A stretch of 64,000 nucleotides of DNA from Paragordius varius (taxonomy: Eukaryota; Animalia; Nematomorpha): positions 13,454,001-13,518,000 of the forward strand of contig OZ176052.1 of the NCBI GenBank assembly GCA_964247055.1. The letters run 5' to 3'. Shown here piece by piece: positions 39,801 to 53,300 of the stretch. Each line of letters starts with the position of its first letter. Within the stretch, counting starts at the first letter, position 1. The notes under the pieces were generated by a model. That model did not search any database. It worked only from the letters and a program-made list of their open reading frames with translations, and was not told where the DNA came from. Made by a program: the position numbers and the translations under genes.

Positions 39801-42800
39801 TGATCAAATTTGGATTTTAGGTAGCCATTTTTATTTTTAACGTATAAAATAAATTTTTTAAATATTTAAAAAATTCAAAAAAATTACATTTATACTCCGA
39901 TCTCGACAATATTTGGGGTGATGATGGAACTACCATAGGGCTACCCAAAAAAAATTATGGTGACATCACCTGATCAAATTTGGATTTTAGGTAGCCATTT
40001 TTATTTTTAAAATCGTATAAAATAAATTTTTTAAATATTTAAAAAATTCAAAAAAATTACATTTATACTCCGATCTCGACAATATTTGGGGTGATGATGG
40101 AACTACCATAGGGCTACCCAAAAAAAATTATGGTGACATCACCTGATCAAATTTGGATTTTAGGTAGCCATTTTTATTTTTAAAATCGTATAAAATAAAT
40201 TTTTTAAATATTTAAAAAATTCATAAAAATTACATTTATACTCCGATCTCGAAAATATTTGGGCATGATGATGGAACTACCATAGGGCTACCCAAAAAAA
40301 ATTATGGTGACATCACCTGATCAAATTTGGATTTTAGGTAGCCATTTTTATTTTTAAAATCGTATAAAATAAATTTTTTAAATATTTAAAAAATTCATAA
40401 AAGTTACATTTATAGTCCGATCCCCAAAATATTTGTGGTGATGATGGAACTACCATAGGGCTACCCAAAAAAAATTATGGTGACATCACCTGATCAAATT
40501 TGGATTTTAGGTAGCCATTTTTATTTTTAACGTATAAAATAAATTTTTTAAATATTTAAAAAATTCAAAAAAATTACATTTATACTCCGATCTCGACAAT
40601 ATTTGGGGTGATGATGGAACTACCATAGGGCTACCCAAAAAAAATTATGGTGACATCACCTGATCAAATTTGGATTTTAGGTAGCCATTTTTATTTTTAA
40701 AATCGTATAAAATAAATTTTTTAAATATTTAAAAAATTCATAAAAATTACATTTATACTTCGATCTCGAAAATATTTGGGGTAATGATGGAACTACCATA
40801 GGGCTACCCAAAAAAAATTATGGTGACATCACCTGATCAAATTTAGATTTTAAATAGCCATTTTTATTTTTAAAATCGTATAAAATAAATTTTTTAAATA
40901 TTTAAAAAAATCATAAAAGTTACATTTATAGTCCGATCCCCAAAATATTTGTGGTGATGATGGAACTACCATAGGGCTACCCAAAAAAAATTATGGTGAC
41001 ATCACCTGATCAAATTTGGATTTTAGGTAGCCATTTTTATTTTTAAAATCGTATAAAATAAATTTTTTAAATATTTAAAAAATTCAAAAAAATTACATTT
41101 ATACTCCGATCTCGACAATATTTGGGGTGATGATGGAATTACCATAGGGCTACCCAAAAAAAATTATGGTGACATCACCTGATCAAATTTGGATTTTAGG
41201 TAGCCATTTTTATTTTTAAAATCGTATAAAATAAATTTTTTAAATGTTTAAAAAATTCATAAAAATTACATTTATAGTCCGATCCCCAAAGTATTTGGGG
41301 TGATGATGGAACTACCATAGGGCTACCCAAAAAAAATTATGGCGACATCACCTGATCAAATTTGGATTTTAGGTAGCCATTTTTATTTTTAAAATCGTAT
41401 AAAATAAATTTTTTAAATATTTAAAAAATTCATAAAAATTACATATAGTCCGATCCCCAAAATATTTGGGGTGATGATGGAACTACCATAGGGCTACCCA
41501 AAAAAATTATAGTGACATCACCTGATCAAATTTGGATTTTAGGTAGCCATTTTTATTTTTAAAATCGTATAAAATAAATTTTTTAAATATTTAAAAAATT
41601 CAAAAAAATTACATTTATACTCCGATCTCGACAATATTTGGGGTGATGATGGAACTACTATAGGGCTACCCAAAAAAAATTATGGCGACATCACCTGATC
41701 AAATTTGGATTTTAGGTAGCCATTTTTATTTTTAAAATCGTATAAAATAAATTTTTTAAATATTTAAAAAATTCATAAAAATTACATTTATACTCCGATC
41801 CTCAAAATATTTGGGGTGATGATGGAACTACCATAGGGCTACCCAAAAAAAATTATGGTGACATCACCTGATCAAATTTGGATTTTAGGTAGCCATTTTT
41901 ATTTTTAAAATCGTATAAAATAAATTTTTTAAATATTTAAAAAATTCAAAAAAATTACATTTATACTCCGATCTCGACAATATTTGGGGTGATGATGGAA
42001 CTACCATAGGGCTACCCAAAAAAAATTATGGTGATATCACCTGATCAAATTTGGATTTTAGGTAGCCATTTTTATTTTTAAAATCGTATAAAATAAATTT
42101 TTTAAATATTTAAAAAATTCATAAAAATTACATTTATACTCCGATCTCGAAAATATTTTGGGTGATGATGGAACTACCATAGGGCTACCCAAAAAAAATT
42201 ATGGTGACATCACCTGATCAAATTTGGATTTTAGGTAGCCATTTTTATTTTTAAAATCGTATAAAATAAATTTTTTAAATATTTAAAAAATTCATAAAAG
42301 TTACATTTATAGTCCGATCCCCAAAATATTTGTGGTGATGATGGAACTACCATAGGGCTACCCAAAAAAAATTATGGTGACATCACCTGATCAAATTTGG
42401 ATTTTAGGTAGCCATTTTTATTTTTAAAATCGTATAAAATAAATTTTTTAAATATTTAAAAAATTCAAAAAAATTACATTTATACTCCGATCTCGACAAT
42501 ATTTGGGGTGATGATGGAATTACCATAGGGCTACCCAAAAAAAATTATGGTGACATCACCTGATCAAATTTGGATTTTAGGTAGCCATTTTTATTTTTAA
42601 AATCGTATAAAATAAATTTTTTAAATATTAAAAAAATTCATAAAAATTACATTTATACTCCGATCTCAAAAATATTTGGGGTGATGATGGAACTACTATA
42701 GGGCTACCCAAAAAAAATTATGGCGACATCACCTGATCAAATTTGGATTTTAGGTAGCCATTTTTATTTTTAAAATCGTATAAAATAAATTTTTTAAATA

Positions 42801-45800
42801 TTTAAAAAATTTATAAAAATTACATTTATACTCCGATCTCAAAAATATTTGGGGTTATGATGGAACTACTATAGGGCTACCCAAAAAAAATTATGGCGAC
42901 ATCACCTGATCAAATTTGGATTTTAGGTAGCCATTTTTATTTTTAAAATCGTATAAAATAAATTTTTTAAATATTTAAAAAATTCATAAAAATTACATTT
43001 AAAGTCCGATCTCAAAAATATTTGGAGTTATGATGGAACAACCATTCGGCTACCCAAAAAAAATTATGGCGACATCACCTGATCAAATTTGGATTTTAGG
43101 TAGCCATTTTTATTTTTAAAATCGTATAAAATAAATTTTTTAAATATTTAAAAAATTCATAAAAATTACATTTATACTCCGATCTCAAAAATATTTGGGG
43201 TGATGATGGAACTACTATAGGGCTACCCAAAAAAAATTATGGCGACATCACCTGATCAAATTTGGATTTTAGGTAGCCATTTTTATTTTTAAAATCGTAT
43301 AAAATAAATTTTTTAAATATTTAAAAAATTCATAAAAATTACATTTATACTCCGATCTCAAAAATATTTGGGGTGATGATGGAACTACCATAGGACTACC
43401 CAAAAAAAATTATGGTGACATCACCTGATCAAATTTGGATTTTAGGTAGCCATTTTTATTTTTAAAATTGTATAAAATAAATTTTTTAAATATTTAAAAA
43501 ATTCATAAAAATTACATGTATAGTCCGATCCCCAAAATATTTGGGGTGATGATGGAACTACCATAGGGCTACCCAAAAAAAATTATGTCGACATCACCTG
43601 ATCAAATTTGGATTTTAGGTAGCCATTTTTATTTTTAAAATCGTATAAAATAAATTTTTTAAATATTTAAAAAATTCATAAAAATTACATTTATACTCCG
43701 ATCTCAAAAATATTTGGGGTTATGATGGAACTACTATAGGGCTACCCAAAAAAAATTATGGCGACATCACCTGATCAAATTTGGATTTTAGGTAGCCATT
43801 TTTATTTTTAAAATCGTATAAAATAAATTTTTTAAATATTTAAAAAATTCAAAAAAAATACATTTATACTCCGATCTCGACAATATTTGGGGTGATGATG
43901 GAACTACCATAGGGCTACCCAAAAAAAATTATGGTGACATCACCTGATCAAATTTGGATTTTAGGTAGCCATTTTTATTTTTAAAATCGTATAAAATAAA
44001 TTTTTTAAATATTTAAAAAATTCATAAAAATTACATTTATAGTCCGATCCCCAAAATATTTGGGGTGATGATGGAACTATGATAGGGCTACGTAAAAAAA
44101 ATTATGGCGACATCACCTGATCAAATTTGGATTTTAGGTAGCCATTTTTATTTTTAAATCGTATAAAATAAATTTTTTAAATATTTAAAAAATTCATAAA
44201 AATTACATTTATAGTCCGATCCCCAAAATATTTGGGGTGATGATGGAACTACCATAGGGCTACCCAAAAAAAATTATGGCGACATCACCTGATCAAATTT
44301 AGATTTTAGGTAGCCATTTTTATTTTTAAAATCGTATAAAATAAATTTTTTAAATATTAAAAAAATTCATAAAAATTACATTTATAGTCCGATCCCCAAA
44401 TTATTCGGGGTGATGATGGAACTACCATAGGGCTACCCAAAAAAAATTATGGCGACATCACCTGATCAAATTTGGATTTTAGGTAGCCATTTTTATTTTT
44501 AAAATCGTATAAAATAAATTTTTTAAATATTTTAAAAATTCATAAAAATTACATTTATAGTCCGATCCCCAAAATATTTGGGGTGATGATGGAACTACCA
44601 TAGGGCTACCCAAAAAAATTATAGTGACATCACCTGATCAAATTTGGATTTTAGGTAGCCATTTTTATTTTTAAAATCGTATAAAATAAATTTTTTAAAT
44701 ATTTAAAAAATTCATAAAAATTACATATAGTCCGATCCCCAAAATATTTGGGGTGATGATGGAACTACCATAGGGCTACCCAAAAAAAATTATGGCGACA
44801 TCACCTGATCAAATTTGGATTTTAGGTAGCCATTTTTATTTTTAAAATCGTATAAAATAAATTTTTTAAATATTTAAAAAATTCATAAAAATTACATATA
44901 GTCCGATCCCCAAAATATTTGGGGTGATGATGGAACTACCATAGGGCTACCCAAAAAAATTATAGTGACATCACCTGATCAAATTTGGATTTTAGGTAGC
45001 CATTTTTATTTTTAAAATCGTATAAAATAAATTTTTTAAATATTTAAAAAATTCAAAAAAATTACATTTATACTCCGATCTCGACAATATTTGGGGTGAT
45101 GATGGAACTACTATAGGGCTACCCAAAAAAAATTATGGCGACATCACCTGATCAAATTTGGATTTTAGGTAGCCATTTTTATTTTTAAAATCGTATAAAA
45201 TAAATTTTTTAAATATTTAAAAAATTCATAAAAATTACATTTATACTCCGATCCTCAAAATATTTGGGGTGATGATGGAACTACCATAGGGCTACCCAAA
45301 AAAAATTATGGTGACATCACCTGATCAAATTTGGATTTTAGGTAGCCATTTTTATTTTTAAAATCGTATAAAATAAATTTTTTAAATATTTAAAAAATTC
45401 AAAAAAATTACATTTATACTCCGATCTCGACAATATTTGGGGTGATGATGGAACTACCATAGGGCTACCCAAAAAAAATTATGGTGACATCACCTGATCA
45501 AATTTGGATTTTAGGTAGCCATTTTTATTTTTAAAATCGTATAAAATAAATTTTTTAAATATTTAAAAAATTCATAAAAATTACATTTATACTCCGATCT
45601 CGAAAATATTTGGGGTGATGATGGAACTACCATAGGGCTACCCAAAAAAAATTATGGTGACATCACCTGATCAAATTTGGATTTTAGGTAGCCATTTTTA
45701 TTTTTAAAATCGTATAAAATAAATTTTTTAAATATTTAAAAAATTCATAAAAGTTACATTTATAGTCCGATCCCCAAAATATTTGTGGTGATGATGGAAC

Positions 45801-47724
45801 TACCATAGGGCTACCCAAAAAAAATTATGGTGACATCACCTGATCAAATTTGGATTTTAGGTAGCCATTTTTATTTTTAAAATCGTATAAAATAAATTTT
45901 TTAAATATTTAAAAAATTCAAAAAAATTACATTTATACTCCGATCTCGACAATATTTGGGGTGATGATGGAATTACCATAGGGCTACCCAAAAAAAATTA
46001 TGGTGACATCACCTGATCAAATTTGGATTTTAGGTAGCCATTTTTATTTTTAAAATCGTATAAAATAAATTTTTTAAATATTTAAAAAATTCATAAAAAT
46101 TACATTTATACTCCGATCTCAAAAATATTTGGGGTGATGATGGAACTACTATAGGGCTACCCAAAAAAAATTATGGCGACATCACCTGATCAAATTTGGA
46201 TTTTAGGTAGCCATTTTTATTTTTAAAATCGTATAAAATAAATTTTTTAAATATTTAAAAAATTTATAAAAATTACATTTATACTCCGATCTCAAAAATA
46301 TTTGGGGTTATGATGGAACTACTATAGGGCTACCCCAAAAAAATTATGGCGACATCACCTGATCAAATTTGGATTTTAGGTAGCCATTTTTATTTTTAAA
46401 ATCGTATAAAATAAATTTTTTAAATATTTAAAAAATTCATAAAAATTACATTTAAAGTCCGATCTCAAAAATATTTGGAGTTATGATGGAACAACCATTC
46501 GGCTACCCAAAAAAAATTATGGCGACATCACCTGATCAAATTTGGATTTTAGGTAGCCATTTTTATTTTTAAAATCGTATAAAATAAATTTTTTAAATAT
46601 TTAAAAAATTCATAAAAATTACATTTATACTCCGATCTCAAAAATATTTGGGGTGATGATGGAACTACTATAGGGCTACCCAAAAAAAATTATGGCGACA
46701 TCACCTGATCAAATTTGGATTTTAGGTAGCCATTTTTATTTTTAAAATCGTATAAAATAAATTTTTTAAATAAAAATTACATTTATAATCCGATCTCGAC
46801 AATATTTGGGGTGATGATGGAACTACCATAGGGCTACCCAAAAAAAATTATGGCGACATCACCTGATCAAATTTGGATTTTAGGTAGCCATTTTTATTTT
46901 TAAAATCGTATAAAATAAATTTTTAAATATTTAAAAAATTCATAAAAATTCCATTTATAGTCCGATCCCCAAAATATTTGGGGTGATGATGGAACTACCA
47001 TAGGGCTACGTAAAAAAAATTATGGCGACATCACCTGATCAAGATTTTAGGTAGCCATTTTTATTTTTAAAATCGTATAAAATAAATTTTTTAAATATTT
47101 AAAAAATTCATAAAAATTACATTTATAGTCCGATCCCCAAAATATTTGGGGTGATGATGGAACTACCATAGGGCTACCCAAAAAAAATTATGGTGACATC
47201 ACCTGATCAAATTTGGATTTTGGGTAGCCATTTTTATTTTTAAAATCGTATAAAATAAATTTTTTAAATAAAAATTACATTTATAATCCGATCTCGACAA
47301 TATTTGGGGTGATGATGGAACTACCATAGGGCTACCCAAAAATATGGCGACATCACCTGATCAAATTTGGATTTTAGGTAGCCATTTTTATTTTTAAAAT
47401 CGTATAAAATAAATTTTTTAAATATTTAAAAAATTCATAAAAATTACATTTATAGTCCGATCCCCAAAATATTTGGGGTGATGATGGAACTACCATAGGG
47501 CTACGTAAAAAAAATTATGGCGACATCACCTGATCAAATTTGGATTTTAGGTAGCCATTTTTATTTTTAAAATCGTATAAAATAAATTTTTTAAATATTT
47601 AAAAAATTCATAAAAATTACATTTATAGTCCGATCCCCAAAATATTTGGGGTGATGATGGAACTACCATAGGGCTACCCAAAAAAAATTATGGTGACATC
47701 ACCTGATCAAATTTGGATTCTAGG

Positions 47725-50348
47725 TAGCCATTTTTATTTTTAAAATCGTATAAAATAAATTTTTTAAATATTTAAAAAATTCATAAAAATTACATTTATA
47801 GTCCGATCCCCAAAATATTTGGGGTGATGATGGAACTACCATAAGGCTACCCAAAAAAATTATAGTGACATCACCTGATCAAATTTGGATTTTAGGTAGC
47901 CATTTTTATTTTTAAAATCGTATAAAATAAATTTTTTAAATAAAAATTACATTTATAATCCGATCTCGACAATATTTGGGGTGATGATGGAACTACCATA
48001 GGGCTACCCAAAAAAAATTATGGCGACATCACCTGATCAAATTTGGATTTTAGGTAGCCATTTTTATTTTTAAAATCGTATAAAATAAATTTTTTAAATA
48101 TTTAAAAAATTCATAAAAATTACATTTATAGTCCGATCCCCAAAGTATTTGGGGTGATGATGGAACTACCATAGGGCTACCCAAAAAAAATTATGGTGAC
48201 ATCACCTGATCAAATTTGGATTTTAGGTAGCCATTTTTATTTTTAAAATCGTATAAAATAAATTTTTTAAATATTTAAAAAATTCATAAAAATTACATTT
48301 ATACTCCGATCTCGAAAATATTTGGGGTGATGATGGAACTACCATAGGGCTACCCAAAAAAAATTAGGGTGACATCACCTGATCAAATTTAGATTTTAGG
48401 TAGCCATTTTTATTTTTAAAATCGTATAAAATAAATTTTTAAATATTTAAAAAATTCATAAAAATTACATTTATAGTCCGATCCCCAAAGTATTCGGGGT
48501 GATGATGGAACTACCATAGGGCTACCCAAAAAAAATTATGGCGACATCACCTGATCAAATTTGGATTTTAGGTAGCTATTTTTATTTTTAAAATCGTATA
48601 AAATAAATTTTTTAAATATTTAAAAAATTCATAAAAATTACATTTATAGTCCGATATGATGGAACTACCATAGGGCTACCCAAAAAAAATTATGGTGACA
48701 TCACCTGATCAAATTTGGATTTTATGTAGCCATTTTTATTTTTAAAATCGTATAAAATAAATTTTTTAAATATTTAAAAAATTCATAAAAGTTACATTTA
48801 TAGTCCGATCCCCAAAATATTTGGGGTGATGATGGAACTACCATAGGACTACCCAAAAGAAATTATGGCGACATCACCTGATCAAATTTGGATTTTAGGT
48901 AGCCATTTTTATTTTAAATTCAAAAAAATTACATTTATACTCCGATCTCGACAATATTTGGGGTGATGATGGAACTACCATAGGGCTACCCAAAAAAAAT
49001 TATGGTGACATCACCTGATCAAATTTGGATTTTAGGTAGCCATTTTTATTTTTAAAATCGTATAAAATAAATTTTTTAAATATTTAAAAAATTCATAAAA
49101 ATTACATTTATAGTCCGATCCCCAAAATATTTGGGGTGATGATGGAACTACCATAAGGCTACCCAAAAAAATTATAGTGACATCACCTGATCAAATTTGG
49201 ATTTTAGGTAGCCATTTTTATTTTTAAAATCGTATAAAATAAATTTTTTAAATAAAAATTACATTTATAATCCGATCTCGACAATATTTGGGGTGATGAT
49301 GGAACTACCATAGGGCTACCCAAAAAAAATTATGGCGACATCACCTGATCAAATTTGGATTTTAGGTAGCCATTTTTATTTTTAAAATCGTATAAAATAA
49401 ATTTTTTAAATATTTAAAAAATTCATAAAAATTACATTTATAGTCCGATCCCCAAAGTATTTGGGGTGATGATGGAACTACCATAGGGCTACCCAAAAAA
49501 AATTATGGTGACATCACCTGATCAAATTTGGATTTTAGGTAGCCATTTTTATTTTTAAAATCGTATAAAATAAATTTTTTAAATATTTAAAAAATTCATA
49601 AAAATTACATTTATACTCCGATCTCGAAAATATTTGGGGTGATGATGGAACTACCATAGGGCTACCCAAAAAAAATTAGGGTGACATCACCTGATCAAAT
49701 TTAGATTTTAGGTAGCCATTTTTATTTTTAAAATCGTATAAAATAAATTTTTAAATATTTAAAAAATTCATAAAAATTACATTTATAGTCCGATCCCCAA
49801 AGTATTCGGGGTGATGATGGAACTACCATAGGGCTACCCAAAAAAAATTATGGCGACATCACCTGATCAAATTTGGATTTTAGGTAGCTATTTTTATTTT
49901 TAAAATCGTATAAAATAAATTTTTTAAATATTTAAAAAATTCATAAAAATTACATTTATAGTCCGATATGATGGAACTACCATAGGGCTACCCAAAAAAA
50001 ATTATGGTGACATCACCTGATCAAATTTGGATTTTATGTAGCCATTTTTATTTTTAAAATCGTATAAAATAAATTTTTTAAATATTTAAAAAATTCATAA
50101 AAGTTACATTTATAGTCCGATCCCCAAAATATTTGGGGTGATGATGGAACTACCATAGGACTACCCAAAAGAAATTATGGCGACATCACCTGATCAAATT
50201 TGGATTTTAGGTAGCCATTTTTATTTTAAATTCAAAAAAATTACATTTATACTCCGATCTCGACAATATTTGGGGTGATGATGGAACTACCATAGGGCTA
50301 CCCAAAAAAAATTATGGTGACATCACCTGATCAAATTTGGATTTTAGG
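47725..50348. repeat. Tandem 8-monomer higher-order repeat, 2 copies of 1312 bp, carrying 15-, 19- and 36-bp deletions
   Basis: Deletion marks at 47941/49253, 48655/49967 and 48921/50233 are all 1312 bp apart. 8x173-15-19-36-1-1=1312. Confidence 0.93.
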
Positions 50349-53300
50349 TAGCCATTTTTATTTTTAAAATCGTATAAAATAAATTTTTTAAATATTTAAA
50401 AAATTCATAAAAATTACATTTATACTCCGATCTCGAAAATATTTGGGGTGATGATGGAACTACCATAGGGCTACCCAAAAAAAATTATGGTGACATCACC
50501 TGATCAAATTTAGATTTTAGGTAGCCATTTTTATTTTTAAAATCGTATAAAATAAATTTTTTAAATATTTAAAAAATTCATAAAAATTACATTTATAGTC
50601 CGATCCCCAAAATATTTGGGGTGATGATGGAACTACCATAGGGCTACCCAAAAAAAATTATGGTGACATCACCTGATCAAATTTGGATTTTAGGTAGCCA
50701 TTTTTATTTTTAAAATCGTATAAAATAAATTTTTTAAATATTTAAAAAATTATTAAAAATTACATTTATAGTCCGATCCCCAAAATATTTGGGGTTGTGA
50801 TGGAACTACCATAGGGCTACCCAAAAAAAATTATGGTGACATACCCTGATCAAATTTGGATTTTAGGTAGCCATTTTTATTTTTAAAATCGTATAAAATA
50901 AATTTTTTAAATAAAAATTACATTTATAATCCGATCTCGACAAGATTTGGGTTGATGATGGAACTACCATAGGGCTACCCAAAAAAAATTATGGCGACAT
51001 CACCTGATCAAATTTGGATTTTAGGTAGCCATTTTTATTTTTAAAATCGTATAAAATAAAATTTTTAAATATTTAAAAAATTCATAAAAATTACATTTAT
51101 ACTCCGATCTCGAAAATATTTGGGGTGATGATGGAACTACCATAGGGCTACCCAAAAAAAATTATGGTGACATCACCTGATCAAGTTTAGATTTTAGGTA
51201 GCCATTTTTATTTTTAAAATCGTATAAAATAAATTTTTTAAATATTTAAAAAAATCATAAAAATTACATTTATAGTCCGATCCCCAAAATATTTGGGGTG
51301 ATGATGGAACTACCATAGGGCTACGTAAAAAAAATTATGGCGACATCACCTGATCAAATTTGGATTTTAGGTAGCCATTTTTATTTTTAAAATCGTATAA
51401 AATAAATTTTTTAAATATTTAAAAAATTCATAAAAATTACATTTATAGTCCGATCCCCAAAATATTTGGGGTGATGATGGAACTAGCTACCCAAAAAAAA
51501 TTATGGTGACATCACCTGATCAAATTTGGATTTTAGGTAGCCATTTTTATTTTTAAAATCGTATAAAATAAATTTTTTAAATAAAAATTACATTTATAAT
51601 CCGATCTCGACAATATTTGGGGTGATGATGGAACTACCATAGGGCTACCCAAAAAAAATTATGGCGACATCACCTGATCAAATTTGGATTTTAGGTAGCC
51701 ATTTTTATTTTTAAAATCGTATAAAATAAATTTTTTAAATATTTAAAAAATTCATAAAAATTACATTTATAGTCCGATCCCCAAAGTATTTGGGGTGATG
51801 ATGGAACTACCATAGGGCTACCCAAAAAAAATTATGGCGACATCACCTGATCAAATTTGGATTTTAGGTAGCCATTTTTATTTTTAAAATCGTATAAAAT
51901 AAATTTTTTAAATATTTAAAAAATTCATAAAAATTACATTTATAGTCCGATCCCCAAAGTATTCGGGGTGATGATGGAACTACCATAGGGCTACCAAAAA
52001 AAAATTATGGCGACATCACCTGATCAAATTTGGATTTTAGGTAGCCATTTTTATTTTTAAAATCGTATAAAATAAATTTTTTAAATATTTAAAAAATTCA
52101 TAAAAATTACATTTATATTCCGATCCCCAAAATATTTGGGGTGATGATGGAACTACCATAGGGCTACCCAAAAAAAATTATGGTGACATCACCTGATCAA
52201 ATTTGGATTTTAGGTAGCCATTTTTATTTTTAAAATCGTATAAAATAAATTTTTTAAATATTTAAAAAATTCATAAAAATTACATTTATAGTCCGATCCC
52301 CAAAATATTTGGGGTGATGATGGAACTACCATAGGGCTACCCAAAAGAAATTATGGCGACATCACCTGATCAAATTTGGATTTTAGGTAGCCATTTTTAT
52401 TTTTAAAATCGTATAAAATAAATTTTTCAATTATTTAAAAAATTCATATAAATTACATTTATACTCCGATCCCCAAAATATTTGGGGTGATGATGGAACT
52501 ACTATAGGGCTACCGAAAAAAATTATGGCGACATCACCTGATCAAATTTGGATTTTAGGTAGCCATTTTTATTTTTAAAATCGTATAAAATAAATTTTTT
52601 AAATATTTAAAAAATTCATAAAAATTATATTTATACTCCGATCTCGAAAATATTTGGGGTGATGATGGAACTACCATAGGGCTACCCAAAAAAAATCATG
52701 GCGACATCACCTGATCAAATTTGGATTTTAGGTAGCCATTTTTATTTTTAAAATCGTATAAAATAATTTTTTTAAATATTTAAAAAATTCATAAAAATTA
52801 CATTTATACTCCGATCTCGAAAATATTTGGGGTGATGATGGAACTACCATAGGGCTACCCAAAAAAAATTATGGCGACATCACCTGATCAAATTTGGATT
52901 TTAGGTAGCCATTTTTATTTTTAAAATCGTATAAAATAAATTTTTTAAATATTTAAAAAATAAAAATTACATTTATACTCCGATCTCGAAAATATTTGGG
53001 GTGATGATGGAACTACCATAGGGCTACCCAAAAAAAATTATGGTGACATCACCTGATCAAATTTGGATTTTATGTAGCCATTTTTATTTTTAAAATCGTA
53101 TAAAATAAATTTTTCAAATATTTAAAAAATTCTTAAAAATTACATTTATAGTCCGATCCCCAAAATATTTGGGGTGATGATGGAACTACTATAGGGCTAC
53201 CCAAAAAAAATTATGGCGACATCACCTGATCAAATTTGGATTTTAGGTAGCCATTTTTATTTTTAAAATCGTATAAAATAAATTTTTTAAATATTTAAAA

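Noticed and set aside
48485-48505. CENP-B box in GTATTCGGGG variants
   Set aside because: TTCG is present, but the rest of NTTCGNNNNANNCGGGN does not match.
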